A stretch of DNA of 64,000 nucleotides from an uncultured Methanosarcinaceae archaeon (GCA_963847185.1 CAWJYV010000010.1:416001-480000), one strand, 5' to 3'. Shown: positions 20,023 through 32,852, counted from the stretch's first letter. Made by a program: numbers and translations. The notes: a model not told the origin generated them from the sequence alone.

Positions 20023-20823
20023 TCATTCCTGCTTTACAAGCCCCTCAAGGTAAAGTTCCCTGAGTTCGGCTGCCTTTTCACTTGCCATATCAATTGCTTC
20101 CAGCACCTCGGCCTCTGTGAAAGGAACGGAACCCATCTTTTGCATGCCAGCAACAGATCCATCCGACCTGGAGACAACTGTCAGCTTTGTCTCACAAACT
20201 GCCTCTTCATCCAGTGAAGGGTCTACCATAAGCTTTGAACCAATCTTTGCAAGTGTCACACCAACTGGTAGCTCTTTCATTGGAAGGGGCACATTGTTAC
20301 CAAGTCCATGCTGTTCGTTCGGGACCATTGTCGTCATAAGAGCCGCAATGGAAGCAAGGCAGGACGCATCGACAATATTGCCATCATCATTGAGGACATG
20401 GACATCTATGAAGACGATCCAGACGGACTCTCCGACCGTTATGCAGAGCTTCTTTATATCAATTGCGCCTGATTCCCGGATACCTCTGTCTACAACCCTT
20501 GCCATCTCGATTGCTTCTTCTCTGGGAGGACCTGGCTCGAACTCAGGAGAAGCAATAGGGTTAAGCTCAAGATTGGTAATAATCACACCTTCATCTTGCG
20601 AATCCGGAAAAGGAGTACCTTTCTGAAGTTTCACTCCTACAAGAACCTGGGTGTTTCCAAGAATTACCTTTGCCGAACCTTCGGCTTTGGAGATAACATT
20701 TGTTTCAAGCTTGATATCCCTGAAATCCTTAAATCCGCGCCCATCCTGGCGCTTTCCTTTGACCATAAGGCTATAAATATAATCCCTTTTAAGCGTAGCA
20801 ATAACTTCACTCATTGTTTTCAC
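20023..20823 (-). CDS. rrp42: exosome subunit Rrp42
   Basis: RNase PH fold: R.DGR...FR, AEGSA, FEPGPP, RVVDRGIRES. Confidence 0.95.
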   Translation of the reverse strand: MKTMSEVIATLKRDYIYSLMVKGKRQDGRGFKDFRDIKLETNVISKAEGSAKVILGNTQVLVGVKLQKGTPFPDSQDEGVIITNLELNPIASPEFEPGPPREEAIEMARVVDRGIRESGAIDIKKLCITVGESVWIVFIDVHVLNDDGNIVDASCLASIAALMTTMVPNEQHGLGNNVPLPMKELPVGVTLAKIGSKLMVDPSLDEEAVCETKLTVVSRSDGSVAGMQKMGSVPFTEAEVLEAIDMASEKAAELRELYLEGLVKQE

Positions 20824-22222
20824 CTCTGCTTCCGGCTTCAGAGGGGTCTTTTACTACTTTCCAGGGTCCTCTGGACTTTTCTTCTTCAGCCTTTGCTGCC
20901 TCTTCTTCCTCAGCTTCGACTGCTTCAGCTTCTATTTCTTCGGATTCTGCTTCTTCAGCTCCTATTTCTTCAGCCTCTGCTTCTTCAGCCTCTGCTTCTT
21001 CAGTTTCGAGCTCAATCTCCAGTTCAGATTCAACAGATTCTTCAGGAGCAATTTCTTCAGTCCTAGCTTCCTCTTCAAACTGGATCTCTTCGTTAAACTC
21101 CTCTGACTCAGCTTCTTCCTCGGAAACTGTTTCTTCAGCTTCGACAACTTCTTCTGGTTCGGAAACTTCCTCAAAAGAAGCCTCAAAAGAAGCCTCAAAC
21201 TCAGCTTCTTCTTCAAGGGCTTCTTCTTCGATTTCGGCCTCTATTGCTTCTTCTAAGGCTTCTTCCTCTGGAATAGCCTCAGCTTCTTCAATAATGTCCT
21301 CTAATTCCTCAAACTCAGGAATCTCTTCAGTACTGCAGGCTTCGGCTGAAACAACTTCTTCGGAAGGCGCCTCTTTGAGTTTTTCGGCTTTCTCGAGAAT
21401 CTCCTCGATAACTGCCGCCTCTAAGGCAGATTCAGGAAAGGCTTCTGCTTCTACTATTTCCTTCTCAATCTCTGCAGTTTCTTCGGCTTCTTCTGCAGTT
21501 TCATCAACAGGGGTCTCAAACTTCTTTCTCAGGACTGCCTGCTGGAGTTCGAGGATTTCTTTACACCCTTTCTTCACAAGTTCGAGACCTTTCTTAATTT
21601 CTTCAGGAGTAAGGTGCCCATCCATCTGAAGGAGGGTAATTTCTCCATCCTGGGTCATAGCAACAGGAAAATCAGCCTCTCCATAGTTATCTTCTTCCTT
21701 GTTGAGGTCAAGCACGACCTGCCCGTCAACTTTTCCGAAGGCACAGGAGGTAACGAGGCCTTTCATTGGAATGCCTGCATCTGCAAGGGCTATACTTGAA
21801 GCATTGATTGCTGCCGTCCTTGTTCCTGCATCGGCCTGGAGTACTTCTACAAAAATATCAATTGCCGTTTTAGGAAAAAGCCCGGTAATAATTACAGGTT
21901 CGAAAGCTTCCCTGGAAACCTTCGAAATTTCAATGCTCCGCCTGCTGGGGCCTGGGCGAGCGCGGTCTTCCACCGAAAAAGAAGCCATATTGTACCTGTA
22001 GCGAATAACTGCAGTATCTGCGCGCTGTGTACGACGGGGATGGGCTTCTCTCGGACCAAAAACGCCTACCAGAATCTTATTCCTACCCCATTCAAGATAA
22101 CATGAGCCATCGGCTCTGGAAAGCACACCGATCTCAATTTTCATGGGCCTTATCTCGTCTGCTCGCCTCCCATCCAGGCGCAGCCCATCATCAGTGATTA
22201 ATTTTTCAGGTTTATCACTCAT
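20807..22222 (-). CDS. rrp41: exosome exonuclease Rrp41 with a ~230-aa acidic tail
   Basis: RLDGR..DE.RP, ADGS, GPRE, VLQADAGTR. Confidence 0.95.
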   Translation of the reverse strand: MSDKPEKLITDDGLRLDGRRADEIRPMKIEIGVLSRADGSCYLEWGRNKILVGVFGPREAHPRRTQRADTAVIRYRYNMASFSVEDRARPGPSRRSIEISKVSREAFEPVIITGLFPKTAIDIFVEVLQADAGTRTAAINASSIALADAGIPMKGLVTSCAFGKVDGQVVLDLNKEEDNYGEADFPVAMTQDGEITLLQMDGHLTPEEIKKGLELVKKGCKEILELQQAVLRKKFETPVDETAEEAEETAEIEKEIVEAEAFPESALEAAVIEEILEKAEKLKEAPSEEVVSAEACSTEEIPEFEELEDIIEEAEAIPEEEALEEAIEAEIEEEALEEEAEFEASFEASFEEVSEPEEVVEAEETVSEEEAESEEFNEEIQFEEEARTEEIAPEESVESELEIELETEEAEAEEAEAEEIGAEEAESEEIEAEAVEAEEEEAAKAEEEKSRGPWKVVKDPSEAGSRGENNE

Positions 22223-22297
22223 AATTAAATCTCCAAAAAACTCTAAACAAATACTCTGCAGAAGCTTCCCTAAAATCCCTCGTGACTTTACCGGAGC

Positions 22298-23080
22298 TCA
22301 ATTCTTGGGGTCCAGCAACACATCGATCTTCCTGTAGATCTCTTCGGAATGATCTTCTTCTGCTGTCTTCGTATCTTTCTTTCCACTTTTAAAAAATTTC
22401 ACAGGCTTGGACTCTTTCTGTTTAGTCCGTTCATCTTTCAAAAAGTTGTAGATCCGATCTGTCAATCCGGAGCGCTGGGCCTCAAGTTCAATTTTCCGGA
22501 GAGCCCTGCTCAAAAGCTCTACATCTTCATCCTTTCCATCGATCCATATTCTGCCGTTCTGGCCAACGAAAATGCTGCAGTTAGTTTCTTTCTTCAGCAT
22601 TGAGATCATGGAACCGCCGTGTCCTATTACACGGGGAACTTTCACAGACTCGACTTCAACAATCTGGCCTGTCTTAAGTTTATGTAAGCTTGAATCCCTC
22701 AGGGCAAGCTCGATTTTCATGGAGTTGTCTACATCTCTCACCCTGAGAATCAAAGAGTCACCTACATCAAGTATTCCAGGCATATCCTGAGATTCAACTC
22801 TTCCTGGATATTCGGATACATGGAACAGGCCGTCATAAGGGGAGGCAATATCCATTATCCAGTTGGATGGTGTGACCGTAGCAACGATCCCTATCACCAC
22901 GTCATTTACTGAGGGGACATAAGCTCCCGCAAGAGGGATTACTCCAACTTTGTCCTCTTTGAGGTTTTCGATACCGCAAAACGAAGAATAGATCTTGTCG
23001 TTCTTGACATAAGTCCCGTATCCGGCTTTTCTAGTATGTTCGGATAACAGGTCACCAGGGATCACTATTTTTTTATCCAT
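22298..23080 (-). CDS. rrp4: exosome RNA-binding subunit Rrp4
   Basis: S1 and KH domains; KVPRVIG..GSM, VGQNGRIW. Confidence 0.95.
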   Translation of the reverse strand: MDKKIVIPGDLLSEHTRKAGYGTYVKNDKIYSSFCGIENLKEDKVGVIPLAGAYVPSVNDVVIGIVATVTPSNWIMDIASPYDGLFHVSEYPGRVESQDMPGILDVGDSLILRVRDVDNSMKIELALRDSSLHKLKTGQIVEVESVKVPRVIGHGGSMISMLKKETNCSIFVGQNGRIWIDGKDEDVELLSRALRKIELEAQRSGLTDRIYNFLKDERTKQKESKPVKFFKSGKKDTKTAEEDHSEEIYRKIDVLLDPKN

Positions 23081-23091
23081 CCAACATCCTC

Positions 23092-23784
23092 TTATAAAAG
23101 TTTAGTTTGAGCTTCTCCCTTAGTAAGATGATTTATAAGAGCGTAAAAATCAGTCTGGACTCCTGCAGGAATCCTTACTACTGCAATCCAGGAACCGTCA
23201 CGCTGCCATTCCTCTTTTGTAATGGTCCCAACCTTTGAAATATCTCCATATGCTTTTGGAGCATATTCCGAAGGGATCCTTATAGCAACACTTACTTCTT
23301 CAAAGCGTATGGGTATAAGCGGCCGAATGGCCTTCATTGTAATATTGACCAGCTGTTCCACGCTTTTTAAAGGATCTATATGCACCTTTGCCTCTTCCAT
23401 CGCCTTTTCTATCCGTGCCGGAGGATGGGGTGCTCTTGTCTGGGGATTTATTGCATTTCTGGAAATGGTATAGATAACTTTCTTCTTTTTTTCTTCAAGC
23501 ATTCGCTTTCTCTGCTCAGCAGTGAGCTGAAGTTCACCGCTTTTCAGAATCGCGGCAGCAATTTCAAAGGGGTCCGTTGTCCCAAATGAAGTAATAATCT
23601 CAGATTCTGCTGCTCGGTCCCCTTTGCTTGCGTCTTCAAAGATAGTTTCAACTGCCAGGATATCCTCCAGTTTTACTTCCTCTCCTCGCTTGTAAGCCAG
23701 AGCGCCTTCGGGCTCAACCAGAACCTCGAAGTGCTTGCTGCCTCTCTTGAGCCGGGCAGTAACTGCCTCATCCAGGGACACCAT
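23092..23784 (-). CDS. ribosome maturation factor SBDS/Sdo1
   Basis: [28 protein letters not shown]. Confidence 0.95.
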   Translation of the reverse strand: MVSLDEAVTARLKRGSKHFEVLVEPEGALAYKRGEEVKLEDILAVETIFEDASKGDRAAESEIITSFGTTDPFEIAAAILKSGELQLTAEQRKRMLEEKKKKVIYTISRNAINPQTRAPHPPARIEKAMEEAKVHIDPLKSVEQLVNITMKAIRPLIPIRFEEVSVAIRIPSEYAPKAYGDISKVGTITKEEWQRDGSWIAVVRIPAGVQTDFYALINHLTKGEAQTKLL

Positions 23785-23855
23785 TTTCAAATACCTTCTC
23801 CAAACATAAATTTGAGAATCAGAAAATTCTCTGATTACTCATTTTCTAAATATTA

Positions 23856-23903
23856 TTTAGGGTTATTCTTTTTATTCAGTTTAGGGTTATTCTTTTTATT
23901 CAG
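23856..23903. repeat. 24-bp tandem duplication spanning the psmA stop codon
   Basis: TTTAGGGTTATTCTTTTTATTCAG x2. Confidence 0.9.
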
Positions 23904-24636
23904 TTCCTCGGTGTTTCTCAAGGATCTTCTGAACATAACTCTCAACTTCTTCAGGAACTAATTTTCTAAACTTCTTGTCATGAAGGGACACGACACCCAC
24001 TTCAAGAGTCGAAGCATCAAATTTTCCTTCGGCAGCTTTATAGAGTGCATTCATTCCGAGAAGAATGGCATCATCAATTTTCATATCTTCTCTATAATCA
24101 GCCTCAAAAACCTCAACAACAGAGGTTCTGCCTGCTCCGATAGCCGTTGCCTTGTATTCCAGAAGAGCCCCGCTCGGATCAGTCTCAAAGAGCCTGGGTA
24201 CATTGTCGTCAACACCTGCAATAAGGAGAGCTGTTCCATACGGGCGAACTCCGCCGTACTGAGTGTAGGTCTGCTTGTGATCGCAGATCTTCTTGGAAAT
24301 AACCTCCACACCTATGGGTTCATCATAAGAAACCCTGTTGATCTGAGCTTCTACACGGGCTCTGTCAATAAGGGAGCGAGCGTCTGCCACAAGCCCTGAG
24401 GTTGCTGCTCCAATGTGGTCATCAATCTGGAATATTTTTTCAATCGATTCAGCTTCCACAAGTCTGCTTGTTATTCTCTTGTCAACCAGCAGCACTACCC
24501 CATCGACTGCCTTGATTCCCACGGCTGTTGTTCCCCTCTTGACCGCTTCACGGGCATATTCTACCTGAAAAAGTCTTCCATCAGGGCTAAAAACCGTAAT
24601 CGCCCTGTCATAACCCATCTGTGGTGCCATCTGCAT
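23896..24636 (-). CDS. psmA: proteasome alpha subunit
   Basis: [21 protein letters not shown] signature. Confidence 0.98.
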   Translation of the reverse strand: MQMAPQMGYDRAITVFSPDGRLFQVEYAREAVKRGTTAVGIKAVDGVVLLVDKRITSRLVEAESIEKIFQIDDHIGAATSGLVADARSLIDRARVEAQINRVSYDEPIGVEVISKKICDHKQTYTQYGGVRPYGTALLIAGVDDNVPRLFETDPSGALLEYKATAIGAGRTSVVEVFEADYREDMKIDDAILLGMNALYKAAEGKFDASTLEVGVVSLHDKKFRKLVPEEVESYVQKILEKHRGTE

Positions 24637-25459
24637 ATTCCATATCTCCCTTAAATTCTATTATACTATTTCCAATCTTCCCGGTTGATTACCGGCCTTT
24701 TTTCTTTTAGGATCTCATCCGCAGAACCGTCAGCTAAATAACCGCCTTCCCGAAAAAGGCTTTGGTCAGTAAGCATAATCTGCGGATATCCCGAAAACTC
24801 AGGAGCTTAAATTTCCTGACCTGCATTCAGGTAAGGAAACCGACTTTTGATTTCCTATAACGTATTTCTTCTTTATTAGAGTTTTTAAACTTTTACTAGA
24901 GACTTTTAATCCCTAAAGCTTTTTCTGAACGAAACCAGAGGAAAATATTCAGGTTACAGGAAATTCAAAGATACTTTTAACTCTAAAGTACGTTTTCCAG
25001 AGATGATCTGGATTCGCACACTTGAGTGATCTTCTCAATATTTTTGAGATCTGGTTCCAATGTTAACTAAGTCCGTTAATAAAGTGTATTTACTCAGTTA
25101 TAATGCTTGTGAGAGCCAGGGCTTTCCAAACTACTGGATTTCGACACGGTGGTATCACGGTAATATAATACTACCAGACTTCCGTTGCATCAGAGTTTGA
25201 GGTCTGCCTTTGATCAGGACAGCAATTATCTGCCCCCAGCCAAAATTAAGTTCCGGAAATCCCGGAACAGCAATTTTTCATTCAAATAGCCCTGTCAATC
25301 AATATTATATTTTGTTACATTAATACTAATCTATTATAATATATATTAGACAGCTTCCTGACAGTTTCACAGTTTCGGATTTCAACGTATACATCAAAAT
25401 AAGGTTTCAATGCATGCATGAAAACAAACCAGAAAACCATTCCAGAAAAAGCTGTTTAA

Positions 25460-25870
25460 TTAGCTTTTTGAAAGCTTTCCTGTTCCAGATTCTTCAAGAT
25501 TTCCGAAGTTTGTCCCGGTTTTAGGTTCAAAGACCTTGTGATCTTGAAGAAATTTTTCAGTGACCCTTTTAACCGTACCTGAAGTTCCGAGTATGTGCAG
25601 AGTTGCTCTTTTCCCGTTAATTCGGGTGAGAGATGCCATAGAAGCTCTTATTTCTTTTACTCTGGTATGGGAACACTGTATAATACCCATTCGGTCTTCA
25701 AACCCGAGCATTTTAATATCACATTCACTGGCAGTGACATCTCCAAGCAGAGAGGAGGCAGAAGACATTACTTCTTTTATCACATCACTCCTGAATGCAG
25801 GTTCTTCGGAAATCAGTTCAAAAGCAATGTAGCGTTTTTTCGCACGAAGCGAAGGAAGCAGACGTTTCAA
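25460..25870 (-). CDS. rnp2: RNase P protein Pop5/Rpp14
   Basis: LPSLR.KKRYIAF...LGTSGT. Confidence 0.92.
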   Translation of the reverse strand: MKRLLPSLRAKKRYIAFELISEEPAFRSDVIKEVMSSASSLLGDVTASECDIKMLGFEDRMGIIQCSHTRVKEIRASMASLTRINGKRATLHILGTSGTVKRVTEKFLQDHKVFEPKTGTNFGNLEESGTGKLSKS

Positions 25871-26578
25871 AAATATTCCTCCTCCTCAAGCACTTCCACT
25901 CCTTCTCTGATATACCCTGGACCAGGGCGGTTCTTTGCAAGGATTTTTTCAGGCACGATACTGATAGCCTCAAGGGCTTCATCTTCTTCAAGCCCGCACA
26001 CTTCGGCCAGAGCAAGGGTTTCCATAGGAGAGCGAAGATCAAAACAGGACATCGCATCGCTTGAAAGGACAAGGGAAACGTCGTATTTCCTGGCAAGATC
26101 AATATTTGCCCTGAGATCCGACAGGATCCGGATGCGTCTTGAGCCTCTTGAATGGAGAACAGGCCTTAATGTCAGGCCGATTGCAACTCCGTTTTCAGCT
26201 GCCGCCTTTGCAAGTACTTGATTTAACCCACTGCTCCTGTCAAATGCCGGGTGGTTCAGAATATCTACCCTGGGATTCTCCAGAGCAGCCCTGTTAATAC
26301 TCTCTGAACCTCCATGTACTATAAGGACATCAACTGACTGCCTGAATCTTCCGATGAGTCCTTGAAGTTTCGAGGGATTTTCCTCTACAAGTTCAATTCC
26401 TCTGAAAATTTCTAACCCATCGATTGAGTTCAGGACAGGCTTTGGTTGAGGAAGTTTATCCGAGTGATTTGCAAGTGCAATCCCGCCGTAACCGAGATAT
26501 CGGGCAAGGAAGGCCATTTCTTCAACAGTATTTTCCCCATCAGGAACTGCATGAACGCAAAAATCGTAAAACCTACGT

Positions 26579-26586
<8 letters not shown>
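25867..26586 (-). CDS. rnp3: RNase P protein Rpp30
   Basis: VHGG...NR.A.E...VDIL, SS.A....DLRSP. Confidence 0.92.
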
Positions 26587-27624
<1,038 letters not shown>

Positions 27625-27630
27625 TCACTT

Positions 27631-27698
27631 ATGTTTCACGGTTCAGCCCTGCCTGCAGGACCACATTCCAACGGGACCTTATCCCGAAAATGAAACAT
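27631..27698 (-). promoter_or_regulatory. structured 5' leader of rpl15e (eL15-Euryarchaeota-type ribosomal leader candidate)
   Basis: Closing stem AUGUUUCA/UGAAACAU encloses hairpins CGGGA..UCCCG and GUCCUGC/GCAGGGC, directly upstream of rpl15e. Confidence 0.7.
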
Positions 27699-28043
27699 GC
27701 GATACAACTAAATCATCTGATTTAAAGCTTTGCTCCTTCACAGGCTCTTTAAGAGCAAAGAATCCTCAAAAAGAGAAAAGATAGAAAGATTGGAAATGAA
27801 AAAACAGTAGCAAACTAAATTATTCAAATTAATATATACTTATGGAATTGTTGATTGGCGGCTTTTTATAACTAGAGTTAATTATATTTCAACTGCTAAA
27901 TACCAAAACAACGAGCTTTGTAACTCTATTGTATAAACAAGTTAGCATATTCAATATTGGAAGAATCCTATAAAATTTATGAATACTGTCATCTTCTTAA
28001 TGACTCCGGCTGCTGGATACTTAATGACTGCTACACAAACTAT

Positions 28044-28748
28044 TCATGCTTGCTCCAGAGCTTTTTTAAGCTCTGGATTACGCAATTGTCTTACTCTTGC
28101 ATCCTGGATGAGGTCAATAAATAATTTTGTTTCTTTTTTTACATCATCACTGCAAACAACTGCTGAGATTGCAACTACACTGTCGGCACCGTTTTCAACC
28201 GCACTCATGCAATTCTCTTCATTAATTCCACCGATAGCAATTACTGGAATTGTTATAGCATTTTTTACATCTTTAATCCTGGCAACACCAATCCCCTTTC
28301 CTGCATCTTTCTTCGTAGAAGTATCAAATACAGGACCAACACCTACGTAATCAGCCCCGGCTTTTTCTGCCTGGATTGCTTCGTCAATGTTGCTAACACT
28401 AAGACCAATTATCTTATCAGGACCTAGAAGTTTTCTTGCAGTTTTAATTGGCATATCGTCCTGACCTATATGGACTCCATCCGCGTCAACTGCTAAAGCG
28501 ACATCAATCCGATCATTTACCAGAAATATAGAGTAATCATTGCATATTTTCTTGATTTCTGATGCTTCACAGATCATCTCTTTTGTGCTCCTGTTCTTCT
28601 CCCGGTACTGAACAATTTTGCAGCCTGATTCTACCGCTTCCGTCACATCAGATAAAGTACCTTTTTTTGAGAGTCCGGAATCCGTTACAAGATAAAAGTC
28701 GATCTCTTTCAACAGAGAATACTTAAGGCTGAAATTTTTCTGGTTCAT
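28044..28748 (-). CDS. thiE: thiamine-phosphate synthase
   Basis: [33 protein letters not shown]. Confidence 0.95.
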   Translation of the reverse strand: MNQKNFSLKYSLLKEIDFYLVTDSGLSKKGTLSDVTEAVESGCKIVQYREKNRSTKEMICEASEIKKICNDYSIFLVNDRIDVALAVDADGVHIGQDDMPIKTARKLLGPDKIIGLSVSNIDEAIQAEKAGADYVGVGPVFDTSTKKDAGKGIGVARIKDVKNAITIPVIAIGGINEENCMSAVENGADSVVAISAVVCSDDVKKETKLFIDLIQDARVRQLRNPELKKALEQA

Positions 28749-28799
28749 AGCTATTTGTATCCATTCAGAATTCGTGTTTCGAAATGAACTTTTTCAAAT

Positions 28800-29600
28800 T
28801 TATCTTTCTTCAAGATTTATTTCTTCAAAGTTGGCCATTTTTTCTACTTTCTCGTCTGACAGATTGAAAACCTCATCGTACAGATTAACTTTAAAGCTTC
28901 CAGGCCCTTTTGACATTTCAGCTGCAAGCTCTCCTGCGACTCCAAAGTAAATCAGAGCATCCCTTGACGCCTCACAAAAATCCGGGTTTACAGAAGCAAA
29001 TGAACCTATTACCGATGCAGCCATGCACCCTGTCCCGACAATTGATCCCATTTGTTCATGTCCGTTTTTTATAATAAATGTCTGTGTTCCGTCGCTTATT
29101 ATGTCTTCTTTTCCTGTCATCACAACAACCGCAGACTTTACTTTTGCAAACTCTTTTGCAACCTGTTGAGGGTCAGCATTGATTGAAGTTGCTTCAACTC
29201 CTCTGGTTTCAGCGTTTTCGCCTGCCAGTTTTGCGATTTCGGAGTAATTACCTTTGATTATGTCAATATGAGCAGAATCAAGAATTTTTTCAGCCATTTC
29301 ATCCCTGAACTTCGTAGCGCCAACTCCGACCGCATCGAGTATAACAGGTATTTCCTTTTCGTTCGCAGCGACAGCAGAGATAATCATAGCATCTATCAGT
29401 TCGGATGTCAAAGTTCCGATATTAAGTACAAGGGCAGAAGAAATTTTTGTCATATCGGCACATTCTTCAGGAGCATGCGCCATTACAGGAAGTGCGCCAA
29501 ATGCTCTTGTCATATTAGCGCAGTCGTAAATAGTAACCCAGTTCGTTATATGATGTATCAGGGGTTTTGCTTCCCTTATTGTTTTTAGCGGGCCTTTCAT
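28800..29600 (-). CDS. thiM: hydroxyethylthiazole kinase
   Basis: [25 protein letters not shown]. Confidence 0.95.
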   Translation of the reverse strand: MKGPLKTIREAKPLIHHITNWVTIYDCANMTRAFGALPVMAHAPEECADMTKISSALVLNIGTLTSELIDAMIISAVAANEKEIPVILDAVGVGATKFRDEMAEKILDSAHIDIIKGNYSEIAKLAGENAETRGVEATSINADPQQVAKEFAKVKSAVVVMTGKEDIISDGTQTFIIKNGHEQMGSIVGTGCMAASVIGSFASVNPDFCEASRDALIYFGVAGELAAEMSKGPGSFKVNLYDEVFNLSDEKVEKMANFEEINLEER

Positions 29601-30047
29601 CAGTTATTCCTCAAAGCGTTTTAAATACTTGGATATCTACAAAGCCTATTAGATTTTAAAAGCATTTTAATATACTTCATTTTAATAATTTAGCATTTAT
29701 TTTTGTTGTATATTAAAATAAGGAATCTAAAACGATATTTCAATGTTCACTTCCTTATAACAATATAGCGGGTTTTAAGGAATTAGACCCTCCATATTTG
29801 ACGAACCAGTTTTAATAATTATTGTTCAAATATTTAAGGGAAGAACAGGAAGAGCACGGTAAAAGTAAATTCCAATTTATACACTTGACCAAAATATCTC
29901 AGATACACCTGGAATTTGTTTTTGTGTATCGCTCCAGTTCACATATAAAAGATCGATATAAACTAAAAATAAGGTAAAAATAGGAAATGGTAAAAATAGT
30001 TAAGGATTTTTAATTTATTCATACTGGATACATGTTATTGGAGTATT

Positions 30048-30491
30048 TTAGGCCTTTTCGCCGAACTCAAGCTTTCTCCCGGCTCCATCTATAACTGTCT
30101 TTTTTCCATCGTTGTAGATATACCTCGCAGAGGTATTCCCATCTGCTCCATATTTTGTCCAGACTGTCGTATTCTTGTCCTCGGACCACATATATTCAAA
30201 TTTTGAGAGATTTTCCTCAGTGCCTGTTTCTATGAACGCTTTACAGAGAGTTTTGCCTTCGAACTCTTCGTTGCCGGCAATTGTCATACCGAGTATTTCA
30301 CCTGTGGCAGGGTTTTTAACTTGAATTAGTGAGCCTTCAGGACACCAGCTTCCATTAACCGCTTCCGGAAGACTGATGTTGATTTCAGTGTCGTTATTTG
30401 AAACGGAAATATTTGTCCCGTGGCTCTCGGTACAACCCGAAGCAAGAATAATTGCTACAAGAAATAGAAAAATTATCTGCTCTTTTGACAA
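30048..30491 (-). CDS. hypothetical lipoprotein
   Basis: ILASGC lipobox after a hydrophobic stretch. Confidence 0.75.
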   Translation of the reverse strand: MSKEQIIFLFLVAIILASGCTESHGTNISVSNNDTEINISLPEAVNGSWCPEGSLIQVKNPATGEILGMTIAGNEEFEGKTLCKAFIETGTEENLSKFEYMWSEDKNTTVWTKYGADGNTSARYIYNDGKKTVIDGAGRKLEFGEKA

Positions 30492-30680
30492 GTACTATCA
30501 CCTAAACATACCAGAACTTGTTTCTAGACATAAATAAGGTTAGTTCTGAAAATGATTTGAAGACTCAACTCACAAATCCCATGTAGGGCATCAAACACCA
30601 TTTTTGACAACAGTGAAAATAAATTTATACTCTGGCAATCTTGATTTATACAAAGCTTCTAATCTAATAGTAATATACTT

Positions 30681-32852
30681 TTGTATCGAACGGAGGCGTG
30701 TGGTATAGATGTTAATGTTATAAAAAATAAAGATGAGTTTACCTGGATGAAGCATCTCCTTTCCACAAGCCCGTATCCCATATTCAGGGTGAAAAGGGAT
30801 GGGACTATAATCTATGCAAACGAAGCATGCTCTCCGCTGTTTAAAGTGTGGGGAATCAGCCCCGGCGAGAAGATTCCCTCAAAAATTCTATTTTTTGTCC
30901 TGAAAGCTGTTCTGGGAAAAGGGATTCAGAAAAGTAAAATAAAAGAGAATGGGAGAGAATACTTACTTAATTTTGAATCGGCTGGAAACGGACACATAAA
31001 TATCTACGGGTTTGACCTCACATTGCTGAGATCGGAAGAAAAAATATCAAACGCTGAGAAAACGTATTATGAAGAAATTCAGGAACCCGGAAAAATAGGT
31101 TTCTTATCTTCAGATTTACAAACACTGCTTGATAAGATTGCAGAAATGACTGCTTCTGCTCTTCAAGTAAAATCCTGTAGAATTTTAAAAACCTCAGATT
31201 ATACCGAAGGAACCTGCAATGGACTGCATTTTCAGGAAATAGGATCGAACAGGAAGAATCAGATCTTACAACAGGAATTTGCTTATGGGATAAGCGTTTT
31301 CGCAAAAATGAATGGAATAAATTTTGCTGTTATAACACTTCAAAAAAATAAACCTGCAGAATTTGTTCTGGAAAATGTGTGCTACCTCAGATATGTATTG
31401 TCATTAGTCATTAAAATCCTTGAGTGCCAGGAAAGTGAAAGAAACCTCAAGGGTAGAACTCATTCTTTGGGAAATCTACTCCAATCCATGCCTGATCCGG
31501 CTTATTTTAGAAACCTATGTGACAGAACTGAAAATGATGGATTTATTGTTAGAGAAGGAGACTTCTCAAACGAAGGGCTTACAGCGAATTCCTTATTTGA
31601 AATAGAGAAAATAATCCATGAAGAGTTTCTATCTGCCGTTAAAGAAAAGGATATTCTAATTTTGAATAAGGAGGTAGGGTTTACAGAAGCAGTGCAGGAA
31701 AGAAAAAGATTAAAGAAAAATGAAGAAACTTTAGAAATTTCCCTTAAAGTACAGAAAGTCCTGTGGAGTGTAATCAATAACAGTCCTGCAGTAGTCTTTT
31801 TGTGGAGAAATGAAGAGAACTGGCCTGCAGATTTCGTTTCTGAAAACATTTCTCAGTTTGGGTATACAGTTGAGGACTTTACATCCGGCAAATTTCTGTA
31901 CGGGAATATTATTCATAGGGAAGATGTAGACAGGGTAAGGGCAGAGCTTGATCACTACACTAAAGCCGGTTATGAGGACTTTAGAATTGAGTACAGGATA
32001 TATACAAAAGATGGAAAGCTCCGCTGGGTCGATGAGAGAACTTTTATTCAGCGAAATAAGGCTGGAGAAGCCACCTATTTTCAGGGCGTCGTCATTGATA
32101 TTACCGAGAGAAAAATTGCGGAAGAAGTTTTCATCAAAGCTGAAGAAATGAGAAAAAAAGAGATTAGCCACAGGATTAAGAACAATCTTCAGATAGTCTC
32201 TTCTCTGCTTGATCTACAGGCTGAAAAATTCAGTGACAGAAAAGTTATTGAAGCTTTCAGAGAAAGTGAAAACCGCATACAGTCAATGTCCCTTATACAC
32301 CAGGAACTTTGTGAGTCCGGAAAACTTGATTCTCTTGATTTTTCTTCCTATCTCAGCAAATTAATAGAAGATTTAACCAGGGTATATAATACAGAAAATC
32401 GCAAAGTTCTGGTGACTATGGACATCAGAAGTATCTTCCTGGGGGTCGATACCGCAGTTCCTCTTGGTATTATAATAAATGAATTGTTCACTAACTCTCT
32501 CAAATACGCCTTTTCAGAAGGAAGCCGCGGAAAAATTTGTATTGCACTATTCAGAGAAAAGGACAAACAAGAGAAAGACGGAAATGATATTTCAGGTGAA
32601 ACTTTTTCTGCCAAGACTCCGTATCTTAAAAGTTCTCCTTCAGCGTCCAGGACCTATGAGACCTTAACGCTTGTTTTTGAAGATAACGGAAAGGGTTTTC
32701 CTGAAGAAATCGATCTCAAAAATCCCGATACCCTGGGTTTGCAGCTTGTAAATGCTCCCGTTGAACAAATAGAAGGAAGTATATATCTGGAGAGAGGCAG
32801 AGGTACAAAATTCACTATAAAATTCAAAGGAGAAATTTATGAAAACAGCTGA
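30681..32852 (+). CDS. PAS-domain sensor histidine kinase (HisKA_2 type)
   Basis: PAS domains; EISHRIKNNLQ H-box; NELFTNSLKYAF; DNGKG; LGLQLV. Confidence 0.9.
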   Translation: MYRTEACGIDVNVIKNKDEFTWMKHLLSTSPYPIFRVKRDGTIIYANEACSPLFKVWGISPGEKIPSKILFFVLKAVLGKGIQKSKIKENGREYLLNFESAGNGHINIYGFDLTLLRSEEKISNAEKTYYEEIQEPGKIGFLSSDLQTLLDKIAEMTASALQVKSCRILKTSDYTEGTCNGLHFQEIGSNRKNQILQQEFAYGISVFAKMNGINFAVITLQKNKPAEFVLENVCYLRYVLSLVIKILECQESERNLKGRTHSLGNLLQSMPDPAYFRNLCDRTENDGFIVREGDFSNEGLTANSLFEIEKIIHEEFLSAVKEKDILILNKEVGFTEAVQERKRLKKNEETLEISLKVQKVLWSVINNSPAVVFLWRNEENWPADFVSENISQFGYTVEDFTSGKFLYGNIIHREDVDRVRAELDHYTKAGYEDFRIEYRIYTKDGKLRWVDERTFIQRNKAGEATYFQGVVIDITERKIAEEVFIKAEEMRKKEISHRIKNNLQIVSSLLDLQAEKFSDRKVIEAFRESENRIQSMSLIHQELCESGKLDSLDFSSYLSKLIEDLTRVYNTENRKVLVTMDIRSIFLGVDTAVPLGIIINELFTNSLKYAFSEGSRGKICIALFREKDKQEKDGNDISGETFSAKTPYLKSSPSASRTYETLTLVFEDNGKGFPEEIDLKNPDTLGLQLVNAPVEQIEGSIYLERGRGTKFTIKFKGEIYENS

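Noticed and set aside
20814-21629. 271-aa Ser-rich plus-strand ORF
   Set aside because: Antisense shadow of the Glu-rich Rrp41 tail.
24660-25450. RNase P RNA gene next to the RNase P protein genes
   Set aside because: Not GC-rich enough and lacks the GAGGAAAGTCC-type P4 motif.
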